A stretch of 64,000 bases of DNA, from positions 524,594 through 588,593 of the forward strand of contig NMRA01000044.1 in the NCBI GenBank assembly GCA_002633005.1. Reading direction: 5' to 3'. The notes under the pieces are model-generated. The model was not told the origin of the DNA. It saw nothing but the letters and a program-made list of their open reading frames with translations, and searched no databases. Position 1 is the first letter of the stretch, and each line of letters begins with the position of its first letter. Positions 37,501 to 49,500 of this stretch are shown here, piece by piece. Made by a program: the position numbers and the translations under genes. This DNA is from Phoronis australis. Taxonomy: Eukaryota > Animalia > Phoronida.

Positions 37501-40500
37501 AGAAATCTCAAATTCAAAACCATATGGTATACAACACTATAACATACATTAAATACTCTCAGAGGTGTCAGGATTTTTCCTGTAGTGGGCGCTATTGCCC
37601 AAGCATTCTGTGCCACCTGAGAACAACTGCGGTCAAGCTGTCATGTCGTCTGCAAATATCAGTGAACATGTGCAGCATTACCGCTATAATCTACAATAAT
37701 TCTCAGTGAAAGAAGCCATATCTTTCATTTTACAGTAGTCCAAATCCTGTTGCTTTTATAGTACTCATGCTATTGCTAGATTCTATGTCAAAATGCGTGC
37801 ACTCAATGCTGTGGCGTTTCTTAACTTAGCCTTAGAGGGATTGCCTAAGAACAAGTGGAATCCAAAAGCGCTTAAGTTGAGCAATATGTAGTGTAGCAAA
37901 GGAAATAATTTTAAGCTGAGAAAGCACAGATACGAAGGGTTTTGAGTGACTTTTTTGTTGGGATATGAAAGTACGACATGAAAATATTATCAAAGTAACT
38001 CGTGAAGCAAACAGATTATGGGCTCTTCAATTTATTAGCTTCACAGCTTGTGACAATGAAAAATACTGAATCCGCTGAACTCCTTTCAATAAAAACCATG
38101 TTGACATTCGTAATTCATACTTGTTACCAAGAGCAGCAGTTTGTTTTTATGTTTATGTGCGTGTCTGTGCGTGTTTGTTAAGTGTGTGCATGCATGCATG
38201 TATGAACATCTCTTGTTGACAGATTTCAGAGTTGTTTTTACAGGTGCTCATCTTTGCCCAAATGAGCAATCAATCAGATTTGAGATGGCTTAGTATCTTC
38301 ACGGCTTCCACCTTCTTTTTGTCTTCCGTCTAAGGCCTAGTCTACAATGCACAAGTCTAATTACATACTGGCATATTCGATTCTGGCTGGAGGTTGAACA
38401 GAATATGACATTTTTAGGCCTCTACATGTTTATTTGTTATAGCATCATGTACAAAAAATAAGCAGAAACACATCCTCGGACACAGGGACAGTTGCATAAA
38501 ACAAGAATTCATCTTTCTTCAGTTATTCTAGTACTTCTATTTTCGTGTATGTTTATAAATTAAAATTTGTTTTCCACTTTGAAACAAAAACGCAAAGCAT
38601 TTGGCCTAGGTTGCAGAAAACGGGATCAAAGACGTAATCCCTATTGAGTCTTCATGCTATCTTATGCAACCGGGCCCAGAGCTTTGCCACTGAAGTCACC
38701 AGTGACCCATATACACAGACCTGTGAACTCTCATGCTATTAGCTCGATTCACTTTTTTTACACAAAATCATGATCTCTTGTCGTTGTGCATTAATCTCAC
38801 GTCTATTTAATTTTCTAGAAAACAAATCCAACTTAAAAACCTTGACTGACTCTGACTTCTTTGGAAAATGTGATCAACCAGCGTTGTGTCCAGGATACAT
38901 GGATTATACTTGGTTTCAAAGTCTATTGCAAAATATTTTCATATTCAGGAGTCAGGGACAAATATCCTCCGTCCCCTGTGCGGCCCGCAATAAATTACAG
39001 CTTCGCGCGTATTCATTACAAGTAAATAAAGAATTGAAAAATGAAAGCGTTTATGTTCTATTGAATATTGATCAAATATTTGGCAAAATCTTTCACCTGG
39101 AAGAGTTCACCAAAGTTCATAAATATGAATGAAATACAGCAAACTATAATAGTAATAACAATAATAATAATAATAATAATAATAAACTTTAGTTATAGAG
39201 GATAAAATACAATGGATTTAAAAACATGCTTTAGCCAAAAGCTAATCTGCAGCATGGCCCTCTCCCAGGAATAAATTAAAATTAAAATTAAACTAAATTA
39301 ATCTGACTGCTACGATCCTCCTCTTCATCGAATTTTTTTACGGAAGCAAAGCAACTACCATGCGGGATGCACGGGAGAAATGAGCCGTCTTCACTTATCA
39401 ACCGCAGTAGAAACCAGATGGCACTGTGTGCCACATGCAACAGGTTTTCAACATGGCATAACGCATCTATAATGTTTTATCTATGACCATAGTTGGTACA
39501 TCAAACCTGAAACAAGATTGGAAATCCGGACATAGAAAGGGTACAATCACTTTCTTTACTAATCTCATCATGTGTAATTTAAACAGGCGATAGACCAAAT
39601 CAGGTCAGCGAATAAGAGGTTTTCATCACATCAAAAATACATTTTACACTTAAAAATGTGCTTACTTTCTTCAGCGATGCTTTCTGGTTCTACACATATC
39701 TATGATGAAGCATGTCTATGGGAATTAAAATGACTTTGGCAAAAAAATTCCAACTCCACTTTTCTGGTCACCGTTAAGTTTTTCACCACGGTGCAATAAC
39801 CAGACGAGACTTTCAATTGACGTCACATGAGTTACGTAAGGATTACCGCGAGACTGAACGAGGCGCGTGACCTTGCAAAATGTAACATGGTAAGACATCT
39901 GGTGGAATTTGTAAGATTTGTGTCCCTTGGACATTTTGTTCATCAACAAGTATGATTTTGTGTAATCTCAACAAAATGGCACCAATGAGGGAAGCTCGAA
40001 CGAACCACCACAGATTATCATGGATACGTTCAAATTATGTTGACCAAATTGTCTTCTAAGTCACAGTATACGTTAACTATAACTCAATGTGTATATATAA
40101 TATATATGCATGTTCCATTCGATGTTTTTTGCTGTATTTTGAGATGAGTAATTTTTTTGTAAGTGGTCGATCATGAAAGATGTAATAACAATGTGAATTG
40201 CACTCTCTCTCTCTCTCCCTCCCATCCTCCCTCCCTCTCTCCCTTCTTCAGAATAGTTATAGTTCAAACTATTCTTGATACTCCTCTTAACTTGCTCGCA
40301 TGTACATATTACTTTAGTTAAATCCAAGCTGACAGTGAAGTAAGGCAAGGAAATTCCAAACACATGTCTTACATTTAGCTCATGTGAACTTGGAAAAAGT
40401 TTAGAGCTGACACCACGGAAAACTTCTTCCAAACCAAATCCATCTACTTTAATTTGTAATATTTTGCGCTGTAATGGTCCCAAACATTACTACAGGAGGC

Positions 40501-43092
40501 TCATCTGGTCGCGATTTGACGGATCGGAAAGTTGTCCGTCCATCCGACCTGTCACACACTTTAAATGACCTTAAGAGTGCATGATCAAGGTACATAAGAC
40601 CACGGGTTTTAAATGTCTTAGAAAGTGTGGTTGAGAAGCATAATTTGTGTCTGAAGTCATAGAACATGTACAATTATCATCCGTCTGACCACGCACTTTA
40701 AATGGATTTGAGAGTGTGTGGTCCACGTGAATAATTTTTTTCCATATGACCACAGGCTTTAAATGTCCTACAGCATGGTGGGGGCGTTAAACCACCACCA
40801 CGCCATTTTGTTTGAGTCATGAAATGCATATGGTCGGACGGACAATTTTCGTTATCCGACCACCCACTTTAAATGGCTTTGAGAGTGCGTGGATAACTAT
40901 TGTCCACACGACCCCGGACTGAGAGAGCGTGGCAGTGGTGGTTTAATGTGGTCTATAAGACTACCAAACAATTTAGTTTGAATCACAGAACCTAGAGGGT
41001 CGGACGTATAACTTTTGTCCATCCAAGCAAGCACTTTCTACATAGAGAGCGCGTAATCCAAGCACATAGTTTTGTCCACAGGACCATGGCCTTAAAATGG
41101 CTTGCAGAGGGCAGGTGATAGTTTTTGTGCATAGAACCACGGGCTTTAAATGTCTCAGAAAGCGTGACGTGGGCATTTAAATTTTCCCTGTACAATCACC
41201 ATACGATGTTGTTCGTGTAACAGAACGCGTGTGGTAAGGCCGAAAATTTTTATCCAGAGATGACCTCGTGCTTTAAATCGACATAGTGACTGTAAGGTCC
41301 ACTGACAAGTGTTTATTTTTTAGCAATATGATTATAACACGATTTTGTTCAAGTCATAGAACGTATATGGTGGGACGGAAATCTTTGTTCATCACGACTG
41401 GCTTATTTTTTGTGTTTATGATCACGAGGTAACTTAGATAAGGTCTGGTCCAAGAGGTTGAACTTTGTCTAAGCGACCACGCGCTTAAAATGACTTAGTG
41501 AATGTAAGGTCCACTGGCAGGTGTTCATTTTTTAGCAATACCACTATCAAGCGATTTTGTTCGAGTCATAGAACGCATATGGCTGGATGAACAATTTTGC
41601 CCTTACCCAGTGATGGACTTATTTTTGTGTTTATGATCACGCGGTAACTTAGTTAACGTGTGGTACAAGTGGGTAATTTTTGTCCATACAACCACGCACT
41701 TGTGACATAGAGAGTGCGTGGTCTAAATAGACAATTTGTGTCCATGCGACCACGCGCTTCAGTTTGAGTGCTGGTATTTATAATATATGGTAGAGGGGAA
41801 GAATTTTGCTCGTATGACCACGCACTTTAAATACCCTAGTTGGAAGGCATATTCGGATAATTACTGTCCATACCAGCTGGCTCTTCTTAATTTGAGTTAC
41901 ATAAAGCTCTGTAAAAGTGAGCAGACTGGCAGATGACACTGTAAACCAAAAAAAACTTCTGTCATTGAATTTTCCTATACATGTACACAATGTAGTCATC
42001 ATCCACAGGTGGTGCAATAATACAACCACATTCAACATGGTTTCTCCACAAATTAATCTAGTTTGGGAAATTTGTTAATATTTCTACTGCATACTGGAAA
42101 TTAGGAGAAGTCTTGACACCGCAAGATAAAGAAACACAGGCATATTTTACCGTGTAATGAAAACCTACTCAGATATGCGAGTATATATGAGGAAAAATCA
42201 AGGACCGTCGGGACCAGGCAACACATGGCCCCTTGGTTGGCTGGTTAGGGGCTAAATTACTTCCCATCGCTTTCTGTACTAATTTAATCCCATGTATTTT
42301 GAACAGGCTGTAAGCAAAATCCGTTCATTGATTAAGAGTTCTCACCTTGTCAAAAATACATTCTACACTTACAGCTGTCATTTAGAAAAGTGCTTACTTT
42401 CTTCAGTGATCCTTTCTGCTTCTACACATATTGCAGATGAAGAATAGCTACGAGAATTAAGGTGACTTTGGCAAAGAATTCCAACTCCACTTTTTTGGTC
42501 ACCGTTAACTTTTTCACCACCCACAAGTTAACCACAAGTATTAAAACTGAGTCACGTGAGTAAGGATCGCACCAGACTGGCACGTGACACTTGCAAAATA
42601 GCATGGGAAGATATCAGGTGAAATTTGTAAGATTTGTGTCCCTTGGACTTTTTGTTTGTCAACAGGCATGATTTCACATAACATCCTCAAAACAGAACGG
42701 GGTGAGAGAAATGCACGCGAACTGCGACAGATTTTCATGAATATGTTCAACTTATGATGTTGACTAAATTGTATCCAGAGTCATATTATGTGTTAATTAT
42801 AACTCCATAAGCATACATGCAAGTTTCATTCGATTTTATTTCTTGTATTTTGAAATAAGTAACTTTTAATGGGGATCACCCCCGTATGTCTGCGGCATTC
42901 ACTCAGGGTGATGTAAATACCTGGTCGGGATACATGTTTGTAACTTGCCTAGTGTACTGTGGCGGGTTTATAGCTTACAGTGCTGTATGTCATACGAGCG
43001 TGTATTACATGTACCAATGCCAAATACTAACGCCAGAAATGGTGAACATTTACCCTAATATAAAATGAAAACAACAAGAATACCTGCGGCAT
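34416..43092 (-). CDS. ATOX1: Copper chaperone ATOX1 (HMA domain), 3 coding exons, 71 aa
   Basis: Exons 43092-43084, 36527-36455, 34549-34416 splice to MPQVHEFKMEMTCEGCSGAAKRVLSKLDKVESVETDLETKTVLVHSDLPYDILLETLKKTGKEITYVGVKQ*. It contains the MxCxxC Cu-binding motif and the C-terminal KKTGK motif of the ATOX1/Atx1 family. Confidence 0.93.
36455..36527 (-). CDS. ATOX1: ATOX1 exon 2 (MTCEGC)
   Basis: gtttag|GTC CAC GAG TTT...CTT G|gtatgt. Confidence 0.95.
39145..39185. repeat. (AAT)n microsatellite
   Basis: Direct reading. Confidence 0.8.
39546..40173. repeat. ~620-bp diverged direct repeat, copy 1
   Basis: Colinear with 42266-42878 (e.g. gtgcttactttcttcag, aattccaactccacttt, ttgtaagatttgtgtcccttgga). 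Confidence 0.85.
40500..41880. repeat. Degenerate array of palindromic (hairpin) units
   Basis: Recurring GACCACGCACT-N12-15-AGTGCGTGGTC and GGTCGGA..TCCGACC motifs. Confidence 0.8.
42266..42878. repeat. ~620-bp diverged direct repeat, copy 2
   Basis: Colinear with 39546-40173. Confidence 0.85.
43084..43092 (-). CDS. ATOX1: ATOX1 first coding exon (M-P-Q)
   Basis: Minus strand aaataATG CCG CAG|gtattc. Phase 0 fits exon 2, and TATA and CCAAT motifs lie just upstream. Only 9 nt, so less certain. Confidence 0.75.
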
Positions 43093-43490
43093 TATTTCTC
43101 TCCGGTATTTCTTTCGGGCAACGACTTACGCTACTGTTCCAACTTGTATCAAAATACTGCTGTGACTTTATAATAGTAATCTATTATGTTATTGGCTGCA
43201 TCGCTTTTTCTTCATAACTGAATTGTTGCTTTTTATTAACAGTATTTACAGTAAGTACCTAACTTTCACGTACATTAATACCTAACATTTATTGTATGGA
43301 TATAAATGCGAGAAACAAATAAATTGGCGGTTATCTCGTCTTGTCTTGTTATCTAGATAATGTTCTGTTGCCGTAGCACATCCGTAAAAATCATGTGATT
43401 TGCTCGAGTTCAGTCGCGGGTTCGCCCGTTGCAGTTTCGGTAGTCGTTTCCTTCTTTGTACTTGTAGCTCATGCGTTAACTATCACCATC
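43093..43490. promoter_or_regulatory. Putative bidirectional promoter ATOX1/ASAH1
   Basis: 398 bp between divergent ATGs. Minus-strand CCAAT (43191-95) and TATAAA (43167-72). Plus-strand TCATGTGA M-box (43391-98) and Inr-like TCAGTC (43410-15). Motif inspection only. Confidence 0.6.
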
Positions 43491-43556
43491 ATGAACTCGA
43501 AGTTGAAAATATTGTGCCTTCTCTTACCAGTTGCATATTGTGGGCTGTTACCAAAG
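43491..43556 (+). CDS. ASAH1: ASAH1 exon 1 (signal peptide)
   Basis: ccatcATG; [22 protein letters not shown]|gtttgt. Confidence 0.8.
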
Positions 43557-46500
43557 GTTTGTATTTTGTAGCCAGCTAAGACAGCTGCCTGAGATCATAT
43601 TATGCCATAATATGATCTCAGGCAGCTGGCTGTGTTTTGACCATAATATTATTATGGTCAAAATACAGCTAGCATTGCCATTGAAGCACTGTTTTCAAAA
43701 CGAAGACGGACTTTTCTTCCTTACAAAAGGCAGAGAATGACGCAAGAAAATGACGCTTATTAGATTGTTTTTCACTTCAACGGATGCAATGGCAAGGTGA
43801 GTGCCATTTGACTCCCAGATTTTGCATGCACTCCCCCCGGTTGTTAGCTAGATACATGTTTATGTATATAATCGGGATACTACTACTAGTACCTGTCGTC
43901 GTCAGCCACCAATGGTCGTCTGCCATCTTCTTTCGCATGCAGCGCAGCCACGCGGGACTTAGCGTTCCAGTCTAGAGTGCTCATCTGCACATTAGGTATT
44001 AAACTTTTGGGAGTGACACGCATCGAAGAACTGAGACGAAAATCGGTGCATTTACCGACTGTTTTTGAAACCACATAAAAACTTTTTTTGTTCATTTTCA
44101 GAAGATATATTCGAAATTAAATTTTCTTCAGAGGGAACAAGGAACAACACAGGGATTGTTCATGCAATGTATCTATTTGTCCCAGGCACTAACCGACGCC
44201 TGTTAGGCCAAAGGAAAAACGCAGCAGATGAGTGCAACATGCTGGGTGCTTAACAGTTTCGGTCCATTCCTTGGTCATGAAAATATTGTCCACTTGTTTT
44301 TTATTGCAAAGCACAGTACTGAGCTCAACATTTATGTTGAAATTTTTGGTTAAGGCATTTTGGATTTATTTGAAGAAAATTAAAATACTTGAAATGATAG
44401 ATAATAAGTAAAACATTGACTTTATTTCACTATATTGCATTGTTACATACAACACAGCATGGCATAATTAAAAATAAAGAGATTGAGCAATAAATGCAAA
44501 TGCAAATTAGGTATTTATTTATTTATTTATGATTGCAGAAGCCTGTTAAAGGTGAGAAAAAATCAAACAATATGATATTGGATAATTTATTAGAACAACT
44601 GTATCGAGGTTCAATGATTAACTTCCACCAACCAAGTCTCAAAGGGTTACAGTTCTGTTTTGGCTGGCAAGGTGTTAACAGAGAATGAAGAGAAACTGAA
44701 AAAAGACAGCAGAGACAGTGTTAAGAACAACAAGAGTAAAAGGTCACAAACTGAAAATAAGTCAGGTCTATCTGGAATAAGACAATCGCGATTTATTTTC
44801 CAGAACTGAAATTCTGAACCAATTTTAATCAATTTATATATCGATGTCATACCATTTATACAGTTTGTGGTTGAATTAAAATTGTTGTAAACCTTTTTCC
44901 ACTATTTTCTTGGCCTTTTTCTGCATGGTTTTCTGTTCTTTCAAAAGGCGGCAGCATATGACGACCATAGGGGGTCATTATAAATGGCTGCCGAAAAGCA
45001 GTGCACAGCTGAAACAACTCGACATTAATAATTTAGAAAACTTTTGAATCGACGAATACTATGTATTTGTGAGAGTTAAATCAAATCCTATTCAGAGCAT
45101 AACTTTCAAGTGGAATAATTGGGTGAGTATGACAACAAGCCAGTTTTATGCTTAGGCGGATGACCATTGGGTTCCCGAGTGTATTGTGTTTCACACCAAG
45201 GTGATGAGCAAAACTACCCTGGCTGTGTGAAATTCTGGGCTCTAACAGAGCTTAACACACAGTGGTACCAAGCTGTATTTTGGTGATAGTCTTCATACAG
45301 CTAGCCGGCTGGCTAGATGCAACCATGAATGAAAACGAATTGTTAGCTTCTTGATGACATTTAGCTGTTTACAACTGAACTTCAAATTACTGTGTTAATT
45401 CCTTTTTTCAGCCTGTCGAGGAATGTGTGTCGGGAAAGTACCCACCTACAGAAAAAAGGTTTGTAGAAATTATAGTGTGAAACTGAAACTCCGATGGTGT
45501 GATCAGCTTGTTCTGAAAGCTACTTATGGAATAGCTCTACCACTGTTTTAACTAGTTCAATCAAAAACAGCACCCTTCTTCATGTCTGAGATTGTGAAAA
45601 CTAGTATTGAAGTGGCACTGATACAAACCTGTGGGAAAAGATTTTAATACAAAACTAAGGTTAAGTAGGGTCTTATCTACAAGTGCATTTACTAGGAAAA
45701 TGTCTACAAGACTGGAAATGTATGCTGTAAATTATATTTTCTGAGAATAGTTCTAAAGTCGATAGTCTTGGATTTTTAACAGACTCTGGGCAACTTTATA
45801 ATTGTGATTGACTGAGTCAAGCGATTGTGTCTTCGTAGTAAAATGTAGCAAATGAAGGAAAATAATTCATTATTATGGATATGGCCGAATTTCAATTGAT
45901 ATAAACATTCAAGATGAAATCTCAAAAGATGGTTGTTACAGTTTTGTAAAATAATAATGTCAGTTTCATTTTATGCTACATTTGATTTTTTTAATTGAAA
46001 TTCTAAAAGAACTATTTTTGATAACCCACCATGAAAAAGTGGAACATTTTAAAACAAGTCCTAATGGAGTTTTAGAGAACAGCAGATAAAGCATTGATAA
46101 CAAAAAGTTTCATAAGAATCCAACCAGCCATTGCTGTGATACGATGTTTTGGAGTTAGCCAGATTTTGGACATTTTTCAAGGAATGATCCTTCTTAACCT
46201 TAAACAATCTTCTTTGCCATTACCATATGACAAGTTTAAATGCAAATTTTTGTCATGGCTGTCTTTTTTGAGGTTTGAAACCAAGTGTTGAAGCTGTAAA
46301 ATGTTTCGGTAGAAATTGATAGATGACGCATGCCAAAAGTTAAGTTGTTTAATCTTACAGTCACCAAGTGGGGTGGTACAAGGTTAATTTAGATCTTCCA
46401 CCACAAGAGAGATGGAATGAAGTGGTGAAAGGGCGAGCAATACAGGTAAATACTGTTTCATTGAATAGGGTCAACGTAGAAATTAAATCCTTTTTAAAGT

Positions 46501-49500
46501 ATTGAAGAAGACTGGAATTAGAGTTTCTGCTTTATCTTTCTATGCAGCTCTTTAAAAGTTTCAGTCAATCTGTGACCATTTTGAAATCAAGATAGCAATC
46601 AAAGCAGTTTCAGGCTAACCTTTTCTTGAAGAAATTGAAAAATGATGACATTTACCAAGTTTAATTTTGTATTGTGTTATGTTATTCTGGGTTTTGGATA
46701 TTTTCAGTCTTCCAGCCAGCGATTTAATGTAGTTAGAAAAAGAACTGTTTCGAAAGATTGGAATTGCAATTCTATTTTTACTCACAGACACCAGGCTATA
46801 CAGGTCAACAGAAATTATAGACATCAAAAGGTACTGCTTGGGTTTTTAAGGTCCCAGCACATATTCATGTTGTGAGTAACATTTCACGGTTGGTGTTTTT
46901 AGATTAGAGGACTTCTGGCTGCTTTCAAGAAGTTTGTTGCTGGATTCAGTCCTGAGTTAGAGAAAAAGCTCTTCGACTTTGTGGACAAAGATGTTGTGAG
47001 TATTACATTGCAAATTGTCAGCTGTGTTTGTTTTTCTTAAAGCACACCTGCCTACTTTCACTGTTATGTGGGAGCTGGGCATATGAGTAAGTAGTTGCAT
47101 TTTTCTTACAATGTCCTGAATTGATCTCACCACAAATCAGTGTGATATTAGTATAAACTAAATTTGGCTAAGCTTGGTCAAGATTAATAGTACTCTGTCA
47201 CCTTATTGATATTTTTGTCTAAACTTAAATTTCCTTTCTTTCTTACTAACCATTGCTTGATTAACTTGGAAAATAAAATACTGCTGATGTATAAGGCAAA
47301 ACAGGCTTGTCAAAAATTCTTGAATATTCTTAGTGGGCCAGTTATCTGTTAAGACATTGCATTCCAAGCTTGGAGAACCATGCCTCTTGGTAACCATTCG
47401 TTTGCAGTCTTAAATATAATTGCTCGTCAGTAACATAATTCAAGCTTACTGTCCTTAGCAAATTCTATCAACAAGCAAAACTCAGTTTCTCACTGACTAA
47501 TGATCAAATAAACGTATCCAATGACCTGTTCACTCGAGACAATGTATCGTTTGCGGTACTGTCAAGTACAGCTATAAAATCAGAGAATCCGGATCTGTCC
47601 TCCAAGCACTGAAGTCTGGAAAAAAACCTGAATTAAATGAACTGTCGTCTGCCTTGACCTCTCTGTGCAGAAATCACAACATGACACTGCAATGAATCCC
47701 CTCGCATTATAATGTGCATGGAAATGAAATGGCAGACACACTCGCAAAACAAGGAGCACAAAAGGAACAAACAGAAAGAGGGACCAGCTACATTGAAGCC
47801 AAACCATCATCATGGCTGGGCAGAAAGAAAAATGGAACCACCAGCACCCAGAGTACAACATAACCGACCCATACTATCAGATGTCAAGAAGGGATCAGGT
47901 CATCATTTTTAGGTCGAGGACTGGCCACAATCAGCTCAGATGTCACCTTTTCAACAAATTCCGTATTGGCCTGTGGGAGCTGTGTCCATGCGATACGGAC
48001 AGCCAGACCACGGAATACATCTTCCAGGCATGCCCGTTGTATGAATTAAAGAGGAAAGAATTGTGCCCCTCCCCCTCCCCGCTTGACAAGAAACTCTACA
48101 GCAGCCTAGATGACCTGCAAAGGATGGCATCATTCATTGGCAGAACAGATTTGACCATTTGACAAACGAGAAGAAGAAATCAGAACATGTGTCAAGTTGC
48201 TAGCAAGTAGCTCATTGTTGAACCCTGAACAAGGTGGGCCAAATAGATCGAATAGTATTTGGTCAAGCTTAAATAAGGTTGTGTAGATTTGAGTTTGCTT
48301 AACATTTCAGTTATTCAAGTTCAATGAATTTAGCGTCATACTGTATTATAAGTTTGATGAAATGGTCACTTTTCCATAAGTTGGCTTCAAGCACTCGTGG
48401 CCCGATGTACTAACCAGTAACTCCATCTATTGTTTAGTCACGGTATTAGCCTATTTCTTGCCATATTGTTTTCAACACATTGACTGATGAGTCATGTCCC
48501 ATCACATTATTTATCGTGGTCTATAGCAATAACGAAATACCAATTCTTTCTAACCATCAAAATTACTTGTCATTTGAGAGAGGGGGAAATGCGAGAGATC
48601 CAATTTTATGACCTGAAGTGGTGTATCATAAGTTTATTGACATAATACCGCTGCATAACATTTTTAAATTCTGCTTAGAGGAAAAAACAGATGGTTGTAG
48701 CAATTGGTGTGGTTTCGTCTGGGCATTATGTTATTCTTGCTTACACTGTCCCACTACATCATTTTTGGAATTATTCATTTATTTACACCAACCTCTAACC
48801 TTTTTACTTTGGCATTAAGCTTGGTGTGAACAGACTGATAGATTTTAGAAATAATGTTTATTACATCACTACCTCAAAGCGGTTTTAGGAAATCAATGCA
48901 ACACGAAGTCCCTTGAAAAACGCGTAATTTGTTATTTTTATATTTCAGGGAAAGTTGTTGGATTCTCTTCCATATCCATTTGCTGATGAGTTGCGGGGCA
49001 TGGCCAAAGGTGCAAACATTAATGAGGGGGAGATAACTCTGTTTAATGTTTTCTATGAAATTTTCACTCTGTGCACGTCAGTCATCGCTCAAGATCCCAA
49101 CGGTAAATTGTATCATGCAAGAAACTTGGACTTCGGTCTCTTTCTGGGGTATGNTTGGAATGATCCTTCTTAACCTTAAACAATCTTCTTTGCCATTACC
49201 ATATGACAAGTTTAAATGCAAATTTTTGTCATGGCTGTCTTTTTTGAGGTTTGAAACCAAGTGTTGAAGCTGTAAAATGTTTCGGTAGAAATTGATAGAT
49301 GACGCATGCCAAAAGTTAAGTTGTTTAATCTTACAGTCACCAAGTGGGGTGGTACAAGGTTAATTTAGATCTTCCACCACAAGAGAGATGGAATGAAGTG
49401 GTGAAAGGGCGAGCAATACAGGTAAATACTGTTTCATTGAATAGGGTCAACGTAGAAATTAAATCCTTTTTAAAGTATTGAAGAAGACTGGAATTAGAGT

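Noticed and set aside
40500-41880. CRISPR-like array (palindromic repeats with spacers)
   Set aside because: The units are degenerate, the spacers are themselves repeated, there are no cas genes, and the context is a eukaryotic intron.
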